A stretch of DNA of 63,126 bases, filler included, from Klebsormidium nitens (lineage: Eukaryota > Plantae > Klebsormidiophyceae), in the NCBI GenBank assembly GCA_000708835.1. It is 8 parts of 8 records of this genome, joined end to end, with 100 filler letters (N's around TTAATTAATTAA, not from the genome) between each part and the next. Parts side by side here need not be neighbours in the genome. Positions count along the whole stretch, not along the records: positions 51,694 to 56,896 come from DF238446.1; positions 56,997 to 59,320 come from DF238714.1; positions 59,421 to 63,126 come from DF238554.1; 5 more parts are not named here. One strand, written 5' to 3'. Below the pieces are notes generated by a model. That model was not told the DNA's origin. It saw nothing but the letters and a program-made list of their open reading frames with translations, and made no database searches. Below, piece after piece: positions 54,601 through 63,126 of the stretch. The stretch's first letter is position 1. Each line of letters opens with the position of its first letter. Both the position numbers and the translations under genes were made by a program.

Positions 54601-56777
54601 ACAGGCAAGTTCGCTCCAACCCTCTCCACGAGCTCTTGAATTTGCTCCGGGCGGACCCCAAACTCCCTTGCCATGTCAGCTTTCGTCGTGATCTCCCCGA
54701 GAGAAGCGAGCTGCTCAAGCCTTCGAAGGATCCCGGCTTCTTTGTCCGCTGTGACAATCAAAAACGAAGATTGTCAGCCATTTTGTATCCGTTGTACAGT
54801 CCGTCCATGCAGAAAAAGGGCCCAATCCGTATGAATTACGTTTCAATCTGATCACAGTTCCTCTCCAAAATCAGTTTGTAGCTTGGGATGAATTGAGCAA
54901 GTGAAGAATTTTGGTGGGCTCAATCTGCTAAAGGATCTAGTAAGCATTTTGGTAGCTGATGATGTACGTGTCAGGAAAAGCTTCTTTTGACTCGTCGATT
55001 GACCAGAGAAACTGAAAAGGCAGAGGTTCTAATGGTATTGGGCAGCAGTCTGGTCGCTTTTGCAGTGTTCGACTGAGTCACTTCTGCATTTTGGAATGCC
55101 TACTTTTCGAGAAGGACCTCTTTTCCGTAGCAACAGTTTTCTTAGAGCACCGGACAATCTGTTTGTGTGCAAAGAGGGTAGTTACCTGCAAGCGGGGCCA
55201 TCTTGTGAGCTCTCCTTTCTGGCTCCTCCTCACGAAACGCTCGGCGTGTCCCCTCTTCAGCCGCGCGTGGACCGGCGGGGTCATTTTGCTGTTTTGGATT
55301 CTGTTCGTTCGCTTCCCACTCGTCCCAGCCGGCTCCTCCTGGTTGCAACACGGAAAAGGGGTTCGTACGACTGCCTTGTCCTTGTCGAGGCTCTTGTCTG
55401 CTCCGTTCCTCATTATTCTCTGATGCCCGGTTGTCCTCACCCCCCCGGGCCGGCTCCGCCGGCTGCCCATCTGCTGATGCCCGTGGCAGGTCGCTAATTC
55501 CACTTCTGTTGTCTCCTGCAGCTTCTTCAAGTTCCTGTCCCAAGGCCCGCCCCACCCCAACTGGTCTCTGTGTAGGAAGGAAAGGTTCAAGTTCATAAGA
55601 GTTGCAAAGATTATAGAGTTGCCAGTTTTGCAAACACTTACCGTTCCATTGTAGGGTACAATTTGCAATTTGTCAACATGTGACAGGTCTGGGACGCTGT
55701 AGTTGTCAGCAGCCCTATGGAGAACATTGTGTATCAAAATTTGATCAACCAGTTCCGAGTCAAGTATCAGACTTGCACTCATTGAAAGCGTGCTCTCAAT
55801 CCACCCAGGCCCACACTCGAATGTGCACATGCAAGCATGACACAACCTAAGCCTGGAAGCAGTGCCCTTTGATATGATCCGATTGTGATCTCCAAACTCC
55901 GTGATGGGATATGTTTGAATGAGATGCATTGGATTGCCAAGGAGCGAAGCGATTTATTTGAACTACGTTGGGTGTGCCTGGTAGCTAGATGATTAAGCAG
56001 ATTGTTAGTGCCTGGTAGCCTTAAGAGAACATGCCCTAGAATGATGCGAGGCTTGATTTCAGCATACCTTGCGCAATCTGTTGGACCGCCGCTCGGTGTC
56101 AGTCAGCTCCCTGTCTGTCCGCTCATCTCTGGCCACAGCGTCCTTCTCAGGAGTGACACCAGCCGGTGCGTCTGCCCCCCGTTTCCTCGACCGAGCTTTG
56201 CGCACCACTTGAAATCCGAGTAAAGACCTCTCAGCCTCGACAATGTCCCTTTCCCTGTCAATCTGTTCATCGTGTGCCCTCCCTTGCCACTGAGCATGCG
56301 ATGCAAGATCAGCATACTCTTGCTGTTTGCGGATCTCGGCGGCAATCTCCGCTTGCGTTAGTTCAATGTCAGGCTGATCGTATGCAGCTCTTGCCGCCAT
56401 GGAGCCACTTTCAAGGGCAGCCCCATCGACGTCAATGCCGTCTGAGCCAAGTTGGGGCTCAGGTTCAACAAGACTGGCATCTTGAAGCGGCTGGTCGCCA
56501 AGCTCAACGTTTGCCTCCTCGACAACATCACTTGACCAGTGGTTACCAAGAGTAGGACCCAAGATTTCACTGCACAGCTCGGTCAGCGTTGTACTTGATG
56601 AGCAGAGCTTTCGGAGTACTTCAAGCTTAGATGCCTTCTCCTTAAGTCCAAAATGTTGCCTTGGCCGGATGTATAGCTCTTTTTCTTTCTGCTCTCTCTC
56701 TTTACGAGATTGAGTATTTCTCTGCTCAATTGTCTCTCCAGGGCGTGTCCCAGGCATTTTTGCAGAGCTTTAAACAC
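51694..56777 (-). mobile_element. Academ-type (DUF6589-like) transposase gene, multi-exon, partly disrupted
   Basis: HPFHLLLADVVEALGG..LLRVLNQLGVC.GKDT; SIDNAD (D1); IVVGDQQT (D2); WVLHMPGDWHTLLN; YQRLLPRHL; SVGSDEGHEMGINLELK (E). GT-AG introns. Confidence 0.72.
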
Positions 56778-56783
56778 ACCGGC

Positions 56784-56896
56784 TGTAACGATTACGACTG
56801 GTTAAGCCTAACCTCGTTCTCGACAGGATTTCGTTGACCGCGAGTTAGCGAAACGGCGGTGGTTACGTCTTAACGACGCACTGCGTAGCTGTCTGC
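56784..56896 (+). mobile_element. End A of the TGTAACG element, inserted in the Academ 5' region
   Basis: Starts TGTAACGATTACGACTG; matches 5911-6024 in reverse complement. Confidence 0.8.
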
Positions 56897-56996
56897 NNNN
56901 NNNNNNNNNNNNNNNNNNNNNNNNNNNNNNNNNNNNNNNNTTAATTAATTAANNNNNNNNNNNNNNNNNNNNNNNNNNNNNNNNNNNNNNNNNNNN

Positions 56997-57145
56997 TGGG
57001 TCTTATCGGACGGTCACGCGGTGAAGCGGTAACCTGGACACGTGGCGTGTAGTGATTCAATAAGTCGATAGCGTATAATAACGGACGATGCGCGGCCGCG
57101 AGTTCAGCGCGCAGCCGGGAGTCGGTGCGCAGTCGTGCCGTTACA
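56997..57145 (+). mobile_element. End B of the TGTAACG element
   Basis: Ends CAGTCGTGCCGTTACA; matches 22150-22307 in reverse complement. Confidence 0.8.
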
Positions 57146-57381
57146 CATTAGCTCTCATCTGGCTCAACACTCTCGCTTTGCATTGCCGCCGTCCGAGAAT
57201 GAGTCTTCATGTACACGTTCTCGATCTTGGACTGAATCCAAATAGCAATGGCGTAGCCGCCAAATGAGTTTTGATGTACACGAAACGTTGGGGTCACAAT
57301 AGAAATCGACTCAGCACCCAAGACTCATCAACAACACCCATTGCAAATAGATCTCCATATATACAAAGCATCAGGGGGCGC

Positions 57382-59289
57382 TCACCTGTCGACCACAAAA
57401 CGAACGTTTGCAAAGTGTGCCGGGGCCCGCCGCATGGAGTAGTTGCGTAGGGCACACGCGTTGTCATAACACAGCACTTCGGGCAAATCCTCGCGCCTGA
57501 GCCGCGTGTAGAGCACGGCAAACGCGTCCCTTGGGCTCTCCCCTCGCAACATGGTGTGAAAGCCATAAATCACGCGGTGCGGGCAACAAAACACGAAGAC
57601 CCCCCGACTCCTATTTGGCCGCTTGCTGAGTCCCCCCTTCTTTCCCGAGAGCTTTCCGGCACCCTTGACCAGCCCGAGTATGTTCTCGGCGTCCCACTCC
57701 GTCACCGACTTTCCCGTAGCACACTTGTTCTCCTCTGAGCTCTTGCTCCGGCCATCTGGGTGCTCGAAGCTGCTAAAATGAGGCAACCCCCGTTTTTGCT
57801 CCCACCCGGGAAAAGAGTAGCACGCCAAGCCCTCCTGCTCGGCCCGAAAGCCGTGCCCCGCCGGCAATGGGTGCAACCCAACTCCTTCCTCGTCCTTCCC
57901 CAGCCTCTCTCTTAAAAGCGAGCGCTCGTGCTCGGCGCTCATGGCATTCCACTGCTCGGCGCTCGGCTCCAACCTCTCGACGCCGGGAAGCAACCCGTTT
58001 GCCAACCCTTGAGCCTCGTTCAGCCGTTGGCGCTCTTCGATGGTCAGGGGCCGCGTCCTGCCCTCCGCAAGAAGGGAGACCGCTTGATCGAGCGGACGAA
58101 TTGCATCATGAACCCACCCAAGTCGCCCCTCGGCCTCGAACCCCGTTGCCCCCCTCGCAAGGAGCGCGAGCAGGTACAAAGTGATGGAGGGTGCGCATAA
58201 AAAAGGCCGGAAACGCAAGCCCTCCGTACGAGTCGAGAATCCGCCGCAAGATGGGCGCATCTCGTCCCAACTCGCGGCGGTCCTCGAGAGAGGCCTCGCC
58301 TCCCAGCAAAAGCTTTCGGACCACGTGCAGCGCGCCAACTCCGATGAGGTCTTCGTCCGAGTCGTGAGCTCCTAGCGAGTACAGGAAGTCCGTCCATTCG
58401 CCAATCCGGTGCTCCCAGAGGTTCGGGCTCAACCCACGCCTCGCAAAGTCGGCCTGGAGTCCCGTCAGTAGCTCGAAAACGGCCAGATTGCGGTCCCGAA
58501 CCATCGTCCGTTGCTCGACGAGGAGGCGCCTTCGACCGTCCTCTGGAAGGGGGCCCTCTGCCTCGGCCGGACCAAAACGCTTCACAATTTGGGAGTCCTG
58601 GTGAGCCAACCCGTCGAGAAGAGCCTTGAAGTCCGACCTTGATAGCCCCTTGCCGAGCCGCTCGTCCTTGGGGCGGTGCTGAGACAGGCGCGCGATCGCC
58701 TCTCGTAGCTCCGGTTGCAACAAAAGCTTGCGCTTCATGCCGCCTCCCTCGAGACCCGCACCGCAGTAGTCACGGCCGGAGATCGACCTCTTCTCAAGGA
58801 GTGCTCCGCTCAAGTGCCGGCTGGGGTGGAAGAACGTGCGCCGCGCATCGAGAGAAGAGCTGCCGAGCCCCCCAGGCCTATGTGCGCCGTCGGAGCTCGA
58901 GAGCCCCACGATCCCGTCGCAAAGGAGCACCTGAAAGGATGGAGGTTTTCGTTCAATATCAGTGGATGTACACTCTCTCTCCCCCCTCATGCTAGACCGT
59001 ACTGAAAGATATGCGAAGAACTCTATGCTTTACAAAGCAATCGGACAGGAGAGAAACGACGGACATGAGATCTTTTGTGTCCAGTTTGCAACCTGTGTGG
59101 CTTGGATCGTACCCTCGGATGAGGCCCGCACAACGAGCAGCAATCTCGTAGCCCAAGGCCGACCAGCTTGAAGAAGTCGAGGCTCGCCCTCCGCCATGTT
59201 TCCTCGCTCAACACCACGGCGTCCGGCGACCACTCGCAGGCCGTCTGATGGGTCGCGAGCTCCGCCTTGAAGCTGTGCCCATGTTGCAT
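57382..59289 (-). mobile_element. KDZ transposase, copy 2 (partial)
   Basis: RSRGVFVFCCPHRVIYGFHTMLRGESPRDAFAVLYTRL..LPEVLCYDNACALRNY.MRRAP.HF.NVRFVVDR; CSLCGPHP / LLCDG; interrupted at 59290. Confidence 0.88.
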
Positions 59290-59320
59290 TGTGACGTTTG
59301 GGCTATGGTTAAGTCTAACC
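59290..59320 (+). mobile_element. Variant end A (TGTGACG) of the same element family
   Basis: TGTGACGTTTGGGCTATGGTTAAGTCTAACC versus TGTAACGATTACGACTGGTTAAGCCTAACC; KDZ copy 2/3 homology breaks exactly here. Confidence 0.65.
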
Positions 59321-59420
59321 NNNNNNNNNNNNNNNNNNNNNNNNNNNNNNNNNNNNNNNNNNNNTTAATTAATTAANNNNNNNNNNNNNNNNNNNNNNNN
59401 NNNNNNNNNNNNNNNNNNNN

Positions 59421-62400
59421 TTTTGATCTCGCACCATCGTGCGCTGCTCGGCAAGCATGCGCCGTCTGCCGTCCTCTGGAAGCGGCCCCTCCGCCTCATC
59501 CGGCCCGAAACGCTTCACGATCTGGGGGTCCTCGTGAGCAAGCCCGTTCAAGAGCGCTTCATACTCCACCTTTGACAGCCTCCTCCCAAGCCTCTCGTCC
59601 TTGGGCCGATGTTGGGACAGGCGCGCGAGCGCCTCGCGCAACTCCGGTTGGAGCAGAAGCTTGCGCTTCAACCCGCCCCCCTGAAGACCGGATCCGCAAT
59701 AGTCGCGACCGGAGATGGGCCGCTTCTCAAGGAGCGCCCCCATGGAGGTACGGCTAGGGTGGCAGAACGTGCGTCGCGCGTCGAGCGAGGAGCTCCCAAG
59801 CCCGCCTGGCTTTTGCGCGCCGTTCGCGCTCGCAAGGCCGACAATGCCGTCGCAGATGAGCACCTTGAAGAAGAGTCCAATTTAAGATGATTAGTCAACG
59901 AGTATGTTGAGCCAAAAATGGATCAAAGTGCATGGTACAAGATTGACCAGTCAATCAGGGGATTGAAAATTCATCGAATGTCGATTGAATATTGTTGGAT
60001 GTACATGGAATGTCACTGGATGTACACTCAATATCAGCAGATGTACACTAATTGTGGAAGAATGTATACCAAATTATCGTAAGGCATCGACATCACCGGA
60101 CATGTGTCAAACGCTCACGGAACGGACAGACATCAAAGACACAACAGACAGAAGAACCTTGTGACCGCAAGCCACGTGGCCCACCTTTGGATGGGGCCCG
60201 CACAGAGAGCAGCAATCCCGAAGGCCCAGCCCGACAAGCTTGAAGAAGTCGAGGCTTGCACGGCGCCATGTCTCCTCGCTCAAGACGGCAGCATCCGGCG
60301 ACCACTGGAAGGCCGTCTGATGGGTTGCGAGCTCCGCCTTGAAGCTGTGCCCGTGCTGCATCCCTCGAAGAAGCAGCTGCAAGCTCTGTTGCACGAACAG
60401 GGTCCGCCGGTTCCACGCGTACAGCCCCAGGTGCTCCCCGTCAAAGTGGATCGTGTGCGCTTCGTCGAGGCACTGGCAGTGGAATATCCGCACCCGCACT
60501 TGCTGACTCCACTGGGAGGCCGTCACCTCTGCCTGGACCCACATCTCGACCCACGAGCCGCCGCATGCGGGAGGGTCCAATGGGCAGGGCGCGCTAAGTA
60601 GCCCTTTCTCTGAAAGCTCCCGAAAGTGGCACTTGCAAAGCTCGCTCACGGGGACGGGGCTTCTGAGCGAGGTTACTAGGGGGTCGTGAACGGCATGCGC
60701 ATCGCTTGGGCGAGCTAGCTTGGGCTTTGAGACCTGGACCGCCTCCGTGCTCAAAAGCATGACGGGGGCGCGAACCCTTGAGGCCTCTCTGTGCTTGCAT
60801 CGGCCTCCCGCGACCGCTAGAGCAGCCAACGAGCAGCTCGTGCACGCATCAACCCAACCCCGGATTGCCTCCCTCCCCCTTGCTTCCGTTGGTGGCTGCG
60901 CGTCCCACCCTCGTCTCGTCGCCGGCTGCGGGCCTTGCTTGTGCGCCTCCCAAAAAGCCTTGTTCCGCCTTGCCCGTTTGCGACTCGGAGGTGCCTCTCC
61001 GGCAACCGGCTCCTTCTCTGAGCCCTGATCGCCCTCCGAGATGGGTGCAGCGGCCTCACCAAACAGTTGATCATGCTGACGACAGAAGCACGTGTCGCCG
61101 GCACACGCTGCCCGCTCGTGGGGCCGCTGTTCTAGCAGCTCGATGAGGTACCGCTCTTCATCGGCTAGAGTTGGAGGCGAGGGTGCCCCCACGCTGGGCA
61201 CCACCCCCCCTCCGATTGTTGGCAACTCTCCGTTCCACGCCTTGAGCCAGCTCAGGGCAGCCCTAGAGAGCGGCTCCGAAAGGCTCATGACCACTTGGTC
61301 GGCAATGGAAAGGTCCCCCTCATTCCTCAAAGCCGCTTTTGCCGCACTCAGATGTGAGCAATCGACAAGAGATGGGCACCCGTCGCGCTTTCCTTCGCAA
61401 TACCACACCCCCTTGCTGCTGCGGAATACCATGCGCTTTCGAGGGCCCGGCGGCCCCTGAACGTTGTCCGCTACCGCAAAATAGCTCCCCGTCCCGTCTG
61501 CTCCAACCCGCTCTACCCTCGCCCCTTTGCCAAGCGACTCGTGGGTGGGCAGCTCCGCTGTTGAGGCCCAGCTTTCGCTGATGGCCGCCAAAGCCAGCTT
61601 GTGCACGCACGGCGCGTCCTCCGTCAGCCGGCCCCGGTCGCACGTACAGCAGAGTTCGCCGCGCGTGTCCCACCAGACTGTATCCGGCAGAGCATGCGTC
61701 TTGTCCGGCTTTCCCACTTTTTTCGCCCGGCCTTCTCCATTGTGATCCCATGCCGACATGTACAGCCCAAGCGGAGGGGACGCCGACCCTGTCGGCAGGA
61801 AGACGCGAACCGACCCCTTGGGAGCCGCCATCATTTCGAGGTAGCGCACCGCCTGCTCCTTGATGCCCATCGTTGCCCTCTGGAACACAAGGCGGGAGTA
61901 GGTCTTTCAAAAGGACCTCCCTGCCATTATGAGGCAACGTCACAAGTATGGAGCCCATTGAATCGGTAGTTCTGGATTCAAACAATTGAGAAACCTTGTG
62001 GCCGCACAGTTGAGAATTGTCTTGAAGCAACTTTAACAAGACTTTAAACTCTCTCCCATGCCGCTGCCGACGGCTAGCCCTTGCTATATAACACCGATGG
62101 CATCTGGAACGAGCTGGGCAACACGATATCGCAGCAGGCATTTTGTCTTGATGATCATCAAGAAAAAAAAGTGCCATCAAGCTCACCTCACTGCTCGTCT
62201 CCTCTGAGGCGCCCTTCACCCTGGGCCGCACCCCCTTGGCCATGCCCCGCTCCCCAGTTTGGGACGCCGCCGTGGCCACTGGCCTCTGTCCCAACCCCGT
62301 CGTTGCATTCTGTTGACAGAGGAAGCTCAGCACGTCGTCCGTGAGCTCGAAGCTTTGGCTCCAAGGCCCTTCCTCCCTCTGCCGCCGCAAGATGGGCGTG

Positions 62401-62786
62401 TCTTGCCCACCATCCTTCCTGCCGCTCAACGTCACCGACAACCCATCTGCGCTCTCTGCCACCACGCCAAGCAAGTTATGGACGCAACTCAAGCACACAA
62501 CCTGCTTGCACTGCTTGGCCTTTGGAACTCCGGCACTGACCAGGTAGCCCATCAGCGTACCGCGGTCGCTCTTGCGCCACGCGAGCGTTATGAGGCTGGG
62601 GGACTTTTTGCTCTTAACCCAAATGCGGTGAGCGCATGTGAAGCACTTGACAGCGACGCGCTCCTGGTAACTCACAATGTCAACCCTAACCCCACCGGAC
62701 GCAATGCTCTGTACAGTGTCTGGATCTATATGGCTCAACTCATTACTGAAATGCTGGACACTAGCCTGAGACTCCATTGTTACCAC
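59421..62786 (-). mobile_element. KDZ transposase, copy 3 (N-terminal part: Zn fingers, two SWIM, CxC4-like; paralogue of copy 2)
   Basis: CCTCDRG...PCVHKLAL and WYCEGKRDGCP..DCSHL (SWIM); PCP..PPACG...CQC..HTIHFDGEHLGLYAWNRRTLF; 59421-59863 and about 60190-60370 align with 58500-59289. Confidence 0.82.
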
Positions 62787-62821
62787 CCCTTCCTTGGCCT
62801 ACTCTGAGGGGGCCGGATCTT

Positions 62822-63076
62822 CCTAAGCCCCGTGCGCCTCCTTCCTGCCTCCTGCTACCCGGTCCGGGAATACCGGGCCCTCGAACTTGCCTATTTGGCC
62901 CGATGCCCTCTCCCTAATTACCTAAAGCCCGACCTCGGCCGCTGGTACCCGGTCGCTTGGCCCTAAGTTCCGACGATTCGACGCACCGGTGATCGAAAAT
63001 GTCCCGGACCGTCGTGGGGGGGAGCCTACGTGGCGTCCTCTCCAGTACATGCAAGAAAATTTACCGTCACTGCCTA
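62822..63076 (-). repeat. CTTAGG/TTAGG motif cluster upstream of KDZ copy 3
   Basis: CCTAAG at 62822, CCCTAAG at 62961, and CCTAA at about 62913, 62921 and 63073, in the same orientation relative to the gene as in copy 1. Confidence 0.5.
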
Positions 63077-63126
63077 ATCCGGCACGATCGTTAACGCCTT
63101 TCCACCGTCCGATCGGGGCGGGCGCA

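Noticed and set aside
56784-57145. One complete element spanning the gap
   Set aside because: The gap is an artificial join and the flanks (CCGGC / CATTA) show no target-site duplication; no pair among the five ends shares a TSD.

Overview
This is not one continuous locus. It is eight eukaryotic contigs joined by artificial 100-bp spacers (44N-TTAATTAATTAA-44N): 1-5700, 5801-22346, 22447-29826, 29927-37635, 37736-51593, 51694-56896, 56997-59320 and 59421-63126. Real scaffold gaps lie at 14497-14694 and 39845-40632. GT-AG introns, high GC and a plant/algal-type tRNA-iMet primer-binding site suggest a green-algal or early streptophyte host (inference only). The DNA is a mosaic of two things. 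(a) Endogenised giant-virus (Nucleocytoviricota) DNA: VLTF3, RFC large subunit, stand-alone mRNA guanylyltransferase, a conserved FDPFCR-motif protein, MSV199/AntA-like proteins, an RRxD-ExDExQH endonuclease and a poly(A)-polymerase-like nucleotidyltransferase. (b) Unusual transposons: Plavaka, three KDZ copies, an Academ-type element, a decayed Ty3/Gypsy, and five ends of a TGT(A/G)ACG-terminated element. The best candidate for an undescribed system is a head-to-head pair of predicted histone-fold genes only 24 bp apart, on the same contig as VLTF3. The larger one continues through an NLS/CDK-site linker into a catalytically dead OTU deubiquitinase-like domain. The second candidate is a KDZ transposase gene carrying a giant-virus endonuclease fragment antisense inside an intron whose splice acceptor is made of viral coding sequence. 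All family calls are by-eye motif recognition; no database search was run.
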